Positions 16,401 through 25,724 of a stretch of DNA of 64,000 nucleotides are shown piece by piece. The stretch comes from Vulcanimicrobiota bacterium (GTDB lineage: Bacteria > Vulcanimicrobiota > Xenobia > Xenobiales > JADMJV01). Made by a program: the position numbers and the translations under genes. Within the stretch, counting starts at the first letter, position 1. Each line of letters opens with the position of its first letter. Below the pieces are notes generated by a model. The model was given only the letters and a program-made list of their open reading frames with translations, did not search any database and was not told the origin of the DNA. Location: positions 230,488-294,487 of the forward strand of contig JBFWNU010000009.1 in NCBI GenBank assembly GCA_050250895.1. Direction: 5' to 3'.

Positions 16401-17135
16401 CTACGGGACCGAATCGAAGGGATGCATGGTGTCGGCCTGGTGCATCTGATCAAAGGGATGCATCGGGCCGTACGGCGTCAAGTGCCCGCAAGGAAAGCGA
16501 TGAGCGCAGGGCATCAGGTGCTGGCACGGCACTCGCCTCACCGTGGGTGTCGGGGCCGGACCACCCCCACGATAGCCTGTTAGAACGAGTTCTGCTCGCA
16601 CGTGGCCTGGACTATGCGTGTCCCAAGCCGGTGAGGGAGGCAGGGAGCGCAGGTATCCCAAGACGGGTTCAACATCATACCCCGCGGCGGCCAGAAAGCG
16701 CCCCGCGTAGACGTCGGCTTCATCCTCGTCCTGAGTGTGCGTAAACCGCATGCGCCATTGGTTGCCCTGTGGGTTATAGATGTTCGGGACGTGTCCCAGG
16801 GCCTGATGACCCCATTCGTGGGCAAACTTGTAAGCGTGGATCGGTCTTGGCTTCTGCATCGTCGAGACATCCAAGATGATCACTCCCCCCGGCCTGGCTT
16901 CCCCCCAGCGGAAGGTTTGCCCAAAGACCACCTGAAATTCCTGACCCGAGAATTGGCGTAGCTCTTGATAGATTTCCCAAGCTTCTTGCTGGTTGGGGCC
17001 CAGATTTCTCAAACCGTTATAGTAGTCGGACCACTCTTGCAGTTCGTAGCCCGAGCCCTGGGCCAGGCATGGCCCGGACGAAGAAAGCAGAACAAAGAAA
17101 ACCAGAACACCAATGAAGAACCTACTCAAGTACAT
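16401..17135 (-). CDS. Secreted M48-like zinc metallopeptidase with Cys/His-rich tail
   Basis: Signal peptide MYLSRFFIGVLVFFVLL...CLA; FAHEWGHQ (HExxH); DEDEADVYAGRFLAAAGYD; THSPGHVR. Confidence 0.75.
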   Translation of the reverse strand: MYLSRFFIGVLVFFVLLSSSGPCLAQGSGYELQEWSDYYNGLRNLGPNQQEAWEIYQELRQFSGQEFQVVFGQTFRWGEARPGGVIILDVSTMQKPRPIHAYKFAHEWGHQALGHVPNIYNPQGNQWRMRFTHTQDEDEADVYAGRFLAAAGYDVEPVLGYLRSLPPSPAWDTHSPGHVRAELVLTGYRGGGPAPTPTVRRVPCQHLMPCAHRFPCGHLTPYGPMHPFDQMHQADTMHPFDSVP

Positions 17136-17239
17136 TCGATACCCCCGAAAGAAGAATGGATAATCTACACTTTTCACCCGGAGCCAGAGTTCCTGCCCTG
17201 CGCGTCCGGGTGGCCCTGGATCTCGGGCCGTCGAGTCGC

Positions 17240-17245
17240 TATAAT
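17240..17245 (+). promoter_or_regulatory. Perfect -10 hexamer TATAAT, 6 nt upstream of ATG 17252
   Basis: Sequence gcTATAATaaaaggATG in a GC-rich divergent intergenic region. Confidence 0.4.
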
Positions 17246-17251
17246 AAAAGG

Positions 17252-17674
17252 ATGAAGAGGCGATTTGACCAACTTGCAGCCAGTGTAGCTTTCCTACTTC
17301 TCTCGATAGCCGTCTACCACGCCGGCATCGACTATCTCCACACCAAGACCCAAGACTCACCCGCTGGCGTCTGGAAACAGTACGTCGAATACGACGGCGA
17401 AACGTTCTATCTCGCGACCTTCCGCTTTGACGAGCACAACCAAGATTTTCAGGTCGAATGCCTCGATGTGTCGCCAATGGCCTATCCCCAGTCCGGCTTT
17501 CGCACCTTCGGACACTACTACGACGGCACCAACTGGATGTTCCACTCGGATTGGCACGAGCACGGTGTCGCCCTGTTCCAACTGACGAAGGTCGAAGATG
17601 GTCGCTTCGAAGGATGGGCTTATCTACACGGCAAGAAACGCCCTTACAAGCACATCCTCGTCAGAGCAGAGTAG
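17252..17674 (+). CDS. Hypothetical membrane-anchored or secreted beta-rich protein
   Basis: N-terminal hydrophobic helix; aromatic-rich beta strands; followed by a terminator. Confidence 0.65.
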   Translation: MKRRFDQLAASVAFLLLSIAVYHAGIDYLHTKTQDSPAGVWKQYVEYDGETFYLATFRFDEHNQDFQVECLDVSPMAYPQSGFRTFGHYYDGTNWMFHSDWHEHGVALFQLTKVEDGRFEGWAYLHGKKRPYKHILVRAE

Positions 17675-17687
17675 AACAACGCCAAGG

Positions 17688-17721
17688 AACGCCGGGTCAC
17701 CAGGTGGCCCGGCGTTTTTTC
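17688..17721 (+). terminator. Rho-independent terminator
   Basis: AACGCCGGGTCAC-cag-GTGGCCCGGCGTT stem (one G-U pair) followed by a T tract, just after the stop at 17674. Confidence 0.85.
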
Positions 17722-17804
17722 TATGGCCGCGCGCAGGAGTCCGGGGCTGCGCCTAGTAGTCTGCACGATATTTTTTCGCGGAATCGCCGCCAGAAAGGCA
17801 CCCC

Positions 17805-18953
17805 ATGGCCAGGCCGGAAGTTCAGATGGTCGATCTCAAGACCGAATACCAGCAGATCAAGGAAGAAGTGGATCAGGCCGTGCTTGCCTGTCTCGAGTCG
17901 ACGGCCTTCATCAAAGGCCCCGATGTGGTCAGCTTCGAGGCTGAATTTGCCGAATATCTCGGCGTCAAGCACGTCATTAGCTGTGCCAACGGCACCGATG
18001 CCCTGCAACTGGCCCTGATGGCCCTTGAGCTCAAGCCGGGTGACGAAGTGATCGTGCCAGCCTTCACCTACGTAGCCACCGCCGAAGTCGTCTCTCTGTT
18101 GGGCTTGACGCCGGTCATGGTCGATGTCGACCCTGACACCTTCAACGTCGAGCGGGTTCACGTCGAGCGGGCCATAACCCAGGCCACCAAAGCCATCGTA
18201 CCGGTTCATCTCTTCGGCCAGTGTGTCGACATGGATCCGTTGCTCGAGGTAGCCAAAGAGCACGGAATTCCGGTCATCGAAGACACGGCCCAGGCCATCG
18301 GCGCCGACTATACGGGCGCCGACGGCGTGCCGCGCAAGGCCGGCACGATTGGCACCATCGGATGCACCTCGTTCTTCCCGACCAAAAACCTGGGATGTTA
18401 TGGCGATGGCGGGGCCATCATGACCAATGACGACGAACTGGCCCATCGGCTGCGGATGATCTCGAATCACGGGCAAGAGCGCAAGTATTATCACGATATC
18501 GTAGGCGTCAATTCTCGTCTAGATACCCTTCAGGCGGCCATTTTACGAATAAAGCTACGCCGCCTGAAAGAGTATGTGGCGGCCCGCCAGCGGGCGGCCG
18601 CCCACTATGACAAGGTCTTGGCCGACTGCCCCGGCATTCAGGCTCCGGCTCGCCATCCGCGCTCGAGCCACAGCTTCCACCAATACACGCTCAAAGTCGA
18701 ACGTGAGCGGCGGGATGCCATGCAGGCCTACCTGCAAGAAAAGGGCGTGCCGACCAACGTCTACTATCCGCTGCCGCTGCATCATCAGAAGGCGTTTGCC
18801 GACCTGCGGGGTACCCAGCCGCTGACCGTCTCTGAGCAGCTGTCTGAAGAGGTGGTCTCCCTGCCCATGCACACCCAGTTGACCCAGGAACAGCTCGAGC
18901 ACGTCACTTCGAATGTCGCTGAATACTGCACACGGGAGTTGGGGCGTGTCTGA
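17805..18953 (+). CDS. DegT/DnrJ/EryC1/StrS aminotransferase (WbpE-like)
   Basis: CANGTDAL, PVHLFGQ, IEDTAQAIG, TSFFPTKNLGCYGDGG, NSRLDTLQAA. Confidence 0.93.
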   Translation: MARPEVQMVDLKTEYQQIKEEVDQAVLACLESTAFIKGPDVVSFEAEFAEYLGVKHVISCANGTDALQLALMALELKPGDEVIVPAFTYVATAEVVSLLGLTPVMVDVDPDTFNVERVHVERAITQATKAIVPVHLFGQCVDMDPLLEVAKEHGIPVIEDTAQAIGADYTGADGVPRKAGTIGTIGCTSFFPTKNLGCYGDGGAIMTNDDELAHRLRMISNHGQERKYYHDIVGVNSRLDTLQAAILRIKLRRLKEYVAARQRAAAHYDKVLADCPGIQAPARHPRSSHSFHQYTLKVERERRDAMQAYLQEKGVPTNVYYPLPLHHQKAFADLRGTQPLTVSEQLSEEVVSLPMHTQLTQEQLEHVTSNVAEYCTRELGRV

Positions 18954-19992
18954 ACGTCATCACGGACCGGTCCGTTTTGCTATCGTTGGTTGTGGCCACA
19001 TCGGAAAACGGCACGCTCAGATGGTGGTCGACCATCCCGAGGCCGAGCTGACCGCGCTGTGCGACATCCGTCCGCGCACCGAGTTGGCCCTCGAGCCGTT
19101 TGATGTTCCTTTCTATCACGATCTCGAAGACATGTTGGCCGAAGAATTCGACGTGCTGTGTGTCTGTACGCCCAACGGCTATCATGCCAGTCAGGCGCTC
19201 AAAGGCCTCGAAGCCCGCAGGCATGTCGTTTGCGAAAAACCTATGGGACTGACCCGGGCCGAGTGCGAAAACGTCATCTACAAGGCTCTCAACAAGTCGC
19301 GGCACGTGTTCTGCGTCATGCAGAATCGCTACTCTCCCCCCTCGGTCTGGCTCAAGGATGTCATCGAAGAGGGTGTTCTGGGCGACATCTACATGGTTCA
19401 GCTCAACTGCTATTGGAACCGCGACGACCGCTACTATCGCCCGGACGGCAGGCCGCATCCCTGGAAAGGGAAACGCGCTCTTGACGGCGGCCCGTTGTAC
19501 ACGCAGTTTTCGCACTTCATCGATATCATGTACTGGCTCTTCGGCGATATCACCGACATCCAGGCCCGCTTTGACAACTTCAATCATCACGACAACACCG
19601 AGTTCGAAGACTCGGGGCTGGTCAGCTTCAAGTTCGTCAACGGTGGTATCGGCTGCCTCAACTACTCGACCTCGGTCTGGGGCAGCAACCTCGAAAGCAG
19701 CCTGCAGGTCATCGGCAGCCGTGGCAGCCTCAAGGTCGGTGGACAGTATATGAACGCCGTCGAAACCTGCAATATCGAAAACTACCAGATGCCGGTGCTA
19801 CCCGAAGGACAGCCGGCGAATCAGTACCAGGGCTACACCGGCTCGGCCGCCAACCATGTCTTCGTCATCGAGAACGTCATCGACGTCATTCGGGGACGCA
19901 AGACCATCACCACCAACGCCCTCGAGGGCCTGAAGGTGGTCGACATCATCGAGCGCATCTATGCGGTGAGGCCCGATTTCGTCAGGGTTTAG
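18946..19992 (+). CDS. Gfo/Idh/MocA oxidoreductase (WbpB-like UDP-GlcNAcA 3-dehydrogenase)
   Basis: FAIVGCGHIG, CTPNGYH, VVCEKPM, VMQNRY, GGPLYTQFSHFID; overlaps the DegT stop. Confidence 0.88.
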   Translation: MSERHHGPVRFAIVGCGHIGKRHAQMVVDHPEAELTALCDIRPRTELALEPFDVPFYHDLEDMLAEEFDVLCVCTPNGYHASQALKGLEARRHVVCEKPMGLTRAECENVIYKALNKSRHVFCVMQNRYSPPSVWLKDVIEEGVLGDIYMVQLNCYWNRDDRYYRPDGRPHPWKGKRALDGGPLYTQFSHFIDIMYWLFGDITDIQARFDNFNHHDNTEFEDSGLVSFKFVNGGIGCLNYSTSVWGSNLESSLQVIGSRGSLKVGGQYMNAVETCNIENYQMPVLPEGQPANQYQGYTGSAANHVFVIENVIDVIRGRKTITTNALEGLKVVDIIERIYAVRPDFVRV

Positions 19993-21173
19993 TCGCCTAC
20001 GATGACGGTCACGTCGGGCAAGCCCGCTCGGGCCGGCTCGTGCTCGATGGCTAGATCCCCCAGAAAGAGTTTGAGTTGCTTTTCTATACCGGGATGTTCG
20101 GTGCGCACGATAGCGGTGTTGCGGGTATAGACCCTCGCCCCGCCCAATCTCGAGCGCGATAGGGCAAAGCCGGCTTGGTGCAGTTTGATGGCCACGGCGG
20201 CGCTGGCTCCGGGCACCTGGGTGCCGTTGACCACTTCGGTGTCGAGTTCTCCCAACGACGGGTCGGGCACCAGGGTGAAGAGTTGGCGGACCAGATCGTG
20301 GGTCTCTTCTTCGTAGGGGATGAGATAGGCGATGTCGTCGATCCAGGCGTCACCACATGGCACCGTGCCCTTGCGAAGGCGAGAGAGGGGAAAGCTCCGA
20401 TAGAGGTTGCCCAGGCCCATCATCTGTTCGGTGGTCAGGTCGGTCTCGAGGTTTTCACGAGCCAGCTCGGCGAACTGGGGAATTCGCTTGAGATTGGCTG
20501 GTTTCTTCAGCTCTCGTACCAGAGCGGTCAAGAACTGCTGCTGGCGCCGCATGCGGCCGAAGTCTCCTTCTTCGTCGTGGCGAAAGCGACAGTATCCCAC
20601 CACCTGCTTGCCGTTGAGGCGCTGGGGGCCGGGCTCGAGATGCACGTGAAAATGGGCCCAGTTGTCGTCGTAGTGCATCTCTTTTTCGACCGTGAGCGGC
20701 ACGCCGCCCAGGGTATCGACCAGTTTCGCGGCCGCATCGACCTTGACCAGGATATGGTGGTCGATCTTGATCCCCAGGAAATCCTCGACGGTGGCCCGGG
20801 CGGCCCACGGCCCGCCCAGGGCGAAGGCATCGTTGATCTTGGTGTATTGGCCAGCGGCCTCGACATAAACGCGGCTATCGCGCGGCACCGACAACATGGA
20901 AAGCGCACTGCCAAACCGGTCGACGCGAACCACCACGATCGTGTCCGAGCGTGCCCCCTTGGTGTAGCGGATCGCCCGGTTGGTGTAATTATAGTCCACG
21001 CCCAGCAGCAGGATATTCATGCTGGTGCGCTCGCCAAACGCCGCCTTGCCGGGGTCAAAAACGGCGGCGGTTACCGCCTCGCCCGTCTCGGAGCGCAAGA
21101 GAGCATAAGCCCCGATGGCCAGAAACACCACCCAGACAGCGCACAAAATCAAAAGCCAGCGCCATTGACGCAT
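19989..21173 (-). CDS. LCP (LytR-CpsA-Psr) family protein with LytR_C domain
   Basis: N-terminal TM; NILLLGVD, RSDTI, SVPRDS, KINDAF, YCRFRHDEEGDFGRMRRQQ; C-terminal VVNGTQVPG...DVTVIVG. Confidence 0.93.
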   Translation of the reverse strand: MRQWRWLLILCAVWVVFLAIGAYALLRSETGEAVTAAVFDPGKAAFGERTSMNILLLGVDYNYTNRAIRYTKGARSDTIVVVRVDRFGSALSMLSVPRDSRVYVEAAGQYTKINDAFALGGPWAARATVEDFLGIKIDHHILVKVDAAAKLVDTLGGVPLTVEKEMHYDDNWAHFHVHLEPGPQRLNGKQVVGYCRFRHDEEGDFGRMRRQQQFLTALVRELKKPANLKRIPQFAELARENLETDLTTEQMMGLGNLYRSFPLSRLRKGTVPCGDAWIDDIAYLIPYEEETHDLVRQLFTLVPDPSLGELDTEVVNGTQVPGASAAVAIKLHQAGFALSRSRLGGARVYTRNTAIVRTEHPGIEKQLKLFLGDLAIEHEPARAGLPDVTVIVGD

Positions 21174-21270
21174 GGGAACTAAGGTTCTGCTGCCCCGGGC
21201 TAGCTCCTCTCCGAAGGAGGCCTTGGTCTAATCGGCGAAACCTCGGCCAATTCAGGAGGTGGCCAAATCC

Positions 21271-22767
21271 ATGACCCTAGCAAGTCCGAAAACCAAGAAG
21301 TTCACGAGCTATATCGGAGGGGAGTGGGTCGAGCCCGAGTCGGGCAAGTCGGTTCCCAACATCAATCCCGCCAACGGCGAGTCGCTGGGCGACGTGATGC
21401 TGGCCAGCCGTGCCGACACCAAGCGAGCCATCGAACTGGCCGCCAAAGCCTTCCCCGGCTGGAAGGCCACGCCGGCACCAGTGCGAGGCAACTACTTCTT
21501 CAAAGTGGTCCGTCTGATGGAAGAGCGCCGCGAAGAGCTGGCTCGCGCCCTGACCCTGGAAGAGGGTAAGCTATACAAAGAAGCCCTGGGCGAGGTGCAA
21601 AAGACCATCAACATCGTCGAGTTCATCGCCGGCGAAGGCCGACGTATGAGCGGCGAGACCACCCCGTCCGAGATGCCCAACACGTTTGCCTACACCATCA
21701 AGCAGCCCCTGGGCGTGGTTGGGCTCATCACTCCCTGGAACTTCCCGGTGGCGATTCCGATGTGGAAAATCGCTCCCGCGCTGGTGGCGGGCAACACGGT
21801 GGTCTTGAAACCGGCCACCAACACCCCCTGGACAGCCAGCTTGCTGATGGAAATCATGCACGACGCCGGCATTCCGGCCGGGGTCATCAACATGGTGGTG
21901 GGCAAGGGCAGCGAGGTGGGCGACGAGATCGTCAATAATCCCACCGTGCGGGCCCTCTCCTTCACGGGCTCGAACGAGGTCGGCCAGGGGCTCTACCTGC
22001 AGGGTGCCCAGCGTGGCGTCAAGGTCCAGTGCGAGATGGGCGGCAAAAACCCCATTGTGGTGCTGGAAGACGCCGATATCGACCTGGCCGTGGAAGCCAC
22101 GGTGCAGGGCGCTTTCGGTTCGACCGGCCAGCGCTGTACCGCCACTTCGCGAGCTATCGTGGTCCATCAGATTGCTGATGAGTTCGTCGAGAAACTGGTG
22201 GCTCGGACCAAGAAGTTCGTAGTGGGTGACGGCATGAAGGACGGGGTCCATATGGGTCCTAGCGTCGATGAGGGCCAGATGAACACCGTGCTCGAGGGGA
22301 TCGAGAAAGCCAAAGAATCTAAGGCGAAGCTGCTCTTGGGCGGCGGCCGCCTAACCGATGGCGAGTTTTCCAAAGGCTATTTCATCCAGCCCACTCTCTT
22401 CGACCATGTGAGCCGCGACGATTTTCTGGCCAACGAAGAGCTCTTCGGCCCGGTGCTGGCGGTCATTCGCGTCAAAGACCTGCACGAGGCGCTCGAAGTG
22501 GCCAACTCGGTGCGCTACGGTCTGTCGTCTTCGATCTACACCTATGACACCAACCGGGTCTTCCGCTTCATCGACGAAATCGAGACGGGGATCACCCACG
22601 TCAACTCACCCACTATGGGCGGCGAAGCCCAACTGCCCTTCGGCGGCGTGAAAGCCACCGGTGTGGGCACCCGCGAGCAGGGCAAGGTGGCCATCGACTT
22701 CTTTACCGAACTCAAGACCGTTTACGTCGACTACACCGGCGAAAAGCGCGAAACCAACATTTACTAG
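21271..22767 (+). CDS. Aldehyde dehydrogenase (2,5-dioxovalerate/KGSADH-like)
   Basis: [40 protein letters not shown]; RBS AGGAGG. Confidence 0.93.
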   Translation: MTLASPKTKKFTSYIGGEWVEPESGKSVPNINPANGESLGDVMLASRADTKRAIELAAKAFPGWKATPAPVRGNYFFKVVRLMEERREELARALTLEEGKLYKEALGEVQKTINIVEFIAGEGRRMSGETTPSEMPNTFAYTIKQPLGVVGLITPWNFPVAIPMWKIAPALVAGNTVVLKPATNTPWTASLLMEIMHDAGIPAGVINMVVGKGSEVGDEIVNNPTVRALSFTGSNEVGQGLYLQGAQRGVKVQCEMGGKNPIVVLEDADIDLAVEATVQGAFGSTGQRCTATSRAIVVHQIADEFVEKLVARTKKFVVGDGMKDGVHMGPSVDEGQMNTVLEGIEKAKESKAKLLLGGGRLTDGEFSKGYFIQPTLFDHVSRDDFLANEELFGPVLAVIRVKDLHEALEVANSVRYGLSSSIYTYDTNRVFRFIDEIETGITHVNSPTMGGEAQLPFGGVKATGVGTREQGKVAIDFFTELKTVYVDYTGEKRETNIY

Positions 22768-23660
22768 TGACCCAAACGCCCCCACGCCGGCACCAGAGCG
22801 GGCAGCCGCTCAGTCCGGCCATGGAAGACTATCTTAAGACCATTTACCTCATCACCCGCGACGAGGACAAGGTGACGACCCAGTCGTTGGCTGAGCGGCT
22901 CGAGGTGTCGCCCGCCTCGGTGACCAACATGCTCAAGCGATTGTCGGAACTGCAGTTGGTCGACTACACGAAGTACAAGCCGGTCGAACTGACTGACGCC
23001 GGACGCAAGGTGGCCATGGAGATGATCCGCCACCATCGGTTGCTCGAACTCTATCTGACCGAGGCGCTGGGCTTCTCGTGGGACGAGGTCCACGCCGAGG
23101 CAGAATTGCTAGAACACTTCATCTCGGAGAAGCTCGAGGCCAAAATCGATGAAGCTTTGGGCTTTCCGTCGCATGACCCCCACGGCTCGCCGATACCTAC
23201 CCTCGACGGCGAAATCTCGGCCCGGCCTTCGGGCCTGCTCTCAGAACAGAGTGCTGGCCAACTGGTGGAAGTGATTCAAGTGGTCGACACCGCCGCCGAG
23301 ATGCTGCGCCGCCTGGAAGAAGTCGGAATCGTGCCGGGGGTGACCATCCGGGTGCTGGGCATGCCAGAGGGCGGTTCGGCTCATTTGCGCGTCGGAGTGA
23401 CCGAGCGCCTGCTCGAACCCGACCTGTGCGCCTATGTCAGGGTTGGGCCGGTGGAAGCCGAATGGGGGTCTCGCCTGTGCGCTAACGACTTGCCGACGGG
23501 TAGCCGCGCCGTGGTCGTTAGAGTTCGCGCCCAACTGGAAGCCTCGGGCTTCAAGCTAGGCGCCAGCGTCGAGCGCGACCAGGACGCATTCCTGGTCGAC
23601 GGAGAGGCTATTCCTCTGACGCCGACTCAGGCTCGCTGGTTGGTGGTGGAGCTTCGCTGA
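22767..23660 (+). CDS. DtxR/MntR family metal-dependent regulator with FeoA-like C-terminal domain(s)
   Basis: MEDYLKTIY, SPASVTNMLKRL, RHHRLLELYL, HAEAELLEH, DPHGSPIP. Confidence 0.92.
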   Translation: MTQTPPRRHQSGQPLSPAMEDYLKTIYLITRDEDKVTTQSLAERLEVSPASVTNMLKRLSELQLVDYTKYKPVELTDAGRKVAMEMIRHHRLLELYLTEALGFSWDEVHAEAELLEHFISEKLEAKIDEALGFPSHDPHGSPIPTLDGEISARPSGLLSEQSAGQLVEVIQVVDTAAEMLRRLEEVGIVPGVTIRVLGMPEGGSAHLRVGVTERLLEPDLCAYVRVGPVEAEWGSRLCANDLPTGSRAVVVRVRAQLEASGFKLGASVERDQDAFLVDGEAIPLTPTQARWLVVELR

Positions 23661-23994
23661 CGACCTCCGGCGGGTCGGGCACGCCGAAGCCGGCGTCGAC
23701 CCCTGAGACCACCCACAATAATGCCGACAGCGCCAGCGCGCCGAGAATCTTCGGCAGCAGACCGGTAATGGGTGCGAAATCCAGGGTAGTGGTGAGGGTG
23801 TCATAGAAGGTCTTGATGTTGCTCAGAGTGACGAAGAGAAAGCCGCCGAACGTCAGCGAGAACGAGGTGATGAAGAAGTAGGCTTTGCCGCGCTGCCCGT
23901 TGACCCATTGACCGGCCCCGGGATAGACCAATAGCGACAGGGCCACCGCTTTGGCAACCCGGTTTGACTTGGTGTCTATTTGTGGCTCCCCCAT
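23608..23994 (-). CDS. Small hypothetical membrane protein
   Basis: AVALSLLVYPGAGQWVNGQRGKA motif followed by two further hydrophobic helices. Confidence 0.65.
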   Translation of the reverse strand: MGEPQIDTKSNRVAKAVALSLLVYPGAGQWVNGQRGKAYFFITSFSLTFGGFLFVTLSNIKTFYDTLTTTLDFAPITGLLPKILGALALSALLWVVSGVDAGFGVPDPPEVVSEAPPPTSEPESASEE

Positions 23995-24083
23995 GTTAGA
24001 AGAGTTGGCTGAAACTGGGCGTTCCCCTCTAAGGCCGGTAGAGCCCGCGTTTAAAATACGGGTTCAACGGGAATGCGGGGGGG

Positions 24084-25121
24084 GTGAAGCCTGTCAGGAT
24101 GGCGGTCGTTGGTCTCGGCTATTGGGGACCGAACCTGGCCCGAAACATTTCCATCTGCCCCAACACGACTCTGACTTATCTGGTCGAACTCGACCCGGAG
24201 CGCTTGGCTCGTAATGCCCGGCTCTATCCGGCCGCCAATGCTATATCCGACCTGGAACAGGCCCTCAACGACCCAGAACTCGAGGTGGTGGCCATCGCCA
24301 CTCCGGTAGAGTCCCATTATCCTCTGGCCAAAGCCTGCTTAGAGGCCGGCAAGCACGTTCTCGTGGAAAAACCGATGACGAAGTCGGTGGCCGAGGCCGA
24401 GGAGTTGGTCGCGCTCGCCGGGCGCAAATCTCTCAAACTGATGGTCGACCACACCTATAATTACACCTCGGCCGTGCAGAAGATTCGCGAAATCGTGAGG
24501 AACGGAGAGCTTGGTGACATTCTCTATTGGGACTCGGTGCGGATCAACCTGGGTCTGTTCAACCACGACGTCAACGTGGTCTGGGACCTGGCTCCCCATG
24601 ACCTGGCCGTGCTTGATTACGTATTGGGTGAGAGCCCCGTATCCCTTCAAGCCAAAGGCGTAGCACACTATGCGGACAAGTTGGAAAACATCGCCTATCT
24701 TACTCTGAACTTTGAAAGTCACCCGATCGCCCATTTTCACTTCAACTGGTTGGCGCCGGTCAAGGTACGCACCACCATGATCGGCGGCACCCGGAAAATG
24801 ATCGTTTACGACGACATGGAGCCCTCCGAGAAGGTGAAAGTCTATGACAAGGGAGTGGATCTCAACGGTGGGGACGCCGGGCGCTATACCACCCTCGTCC
24901 AATACCGTGTGGGGGACATGTACGCTCCGCACATCGCCAACATAGAGGCCCTTCAGGTAGAGATCGCCCATGTGGCCCGGGTCATTCGGGGCGAAGAAGA
25001 ACCCCTGACGAGTGGTGAACTGGGGCTACGAGTCGTCAGAATTCTCGAAGCCGCCCAGCGAAGCATCGAACGCAACGGTGAAACCGTCCATTTGCAACCG
25101 CTTACGACCGCAACCCACTAG
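24084..25121 (+). CDS. Gfo/Idh/MocA oxidoreductase (sugar-nucleotide)
   Basis: VVGLGYWGPNL, HVLVEKP, VVWDLAPHD. Confidence 0.9.
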   Translation: MKPVRMAVVGLGYWGPNLARNISICPNTTLTYLVELDPERLARNARLYPAANAISDLEQALNDPELEVVAIATPVESHYPLAKACLEAGKHVLVEKPMTKSVAEAEELVALAGRKSLKLMVDHTYNYTSAVQKIREIVRNGELGDILYWDSVRINLGLFNHDVNVVWDLAPHDLAVLDYVLGESPVSLQAKGVAHYADKLENIAYLTLNFESHPIAHFHFNWLAPVKVRTTMIGGTRKMIVYDDMEPSEKVKVYDKGVDLNGGDAGRYTTLVQYRVGDMYAPHIANIEALQVEIAHVARVIRGEEEPLTSGELGLRVVRILEAAQRSIERNGETVHLQPLTTATH

Positions 25122-25157
25122 CGGCGAGTAACCAACCTTTTGAAAAGGAGTCCTGCG

Positions 25158-25646
25158 ATGCCCATCGCTGAGTCTGTCACCCTCGGAAATAATGTCGCCA
25201 TCCCCCAACCCGACCTGGTCAACCTCTATGGCTGTAGTATTGGTGACGGCAGCAAGATCGGTGCCTTTGTCGAGATTCAAAAGAACGCCTACATCGGCGC
25301 ACGCTGCAAAGTCAGTTCACACTCTTTCCTTTGCGAGGGCGTGACCATTGAGGACGAGGTGTTCATAGGTCATGGCGTCATGTTCATCAACGATAAATAC
25401 CCCCGTGCCACCAACGAAGACGGCTCGCTTCAGACCGAGGAGCATTGGAGCGCGCTCGCCACCCAGGTGAAGCGGCGAGCGTCGATAGGGACCAACGCCA
25501 CGATCTCGGGCGGTATCACCATCGGCGAAGGTGCCATTGTCGGCGCTGGAGCGATGGTTACCCGCGATGTACCAGACTATGCCGTCGTAGCTGGGGTACC
25601 TGCCAAGATTATCGGCAATGTATGGTCCACCAATAAGACACTGTAG
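25158..25646 (+). CDS. Hexapeptide-repeat N-acetyltransferase (WbpD-like)
   Basis: VNLYGCSIG, FINDKYP, VVAGVPAK; RBS AAGGAG. Confidence 0.9.
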   Translation: MPIAESVTLGNNVAIPQPDLVNLYGCSIGDGSKIGAFVEIQKNAYIGARCKVSSHSFLCEGVTIEDEVFIGHGVMFINDKYPRATNEDGSLQTEEHWSALATQVKRRASIGTNATISGGITIGEGAIVGAGAMVTRDVPDYAVVAGVPAKIIGNVWSTNKTL

Positions 25647-25724
25647 TCCTGACCAAATCTTGACAGGGAAGCGTTATCCTCCATTGAAGAAGCGGCGCGG
25701 CACCCCGTTCAACGAGGAGGCAGT

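Noticed and set aside
20175-21182. 335-aa ORF antisense to LCP (similar long shadows at 1076-1963, 13192-14064, 14949-15710, 17721-18494 and 34760-35707)
   Set aside because: Antisense shadows of GC-rich genes with clear family motifs on the other strand; they have no motifs of their own.
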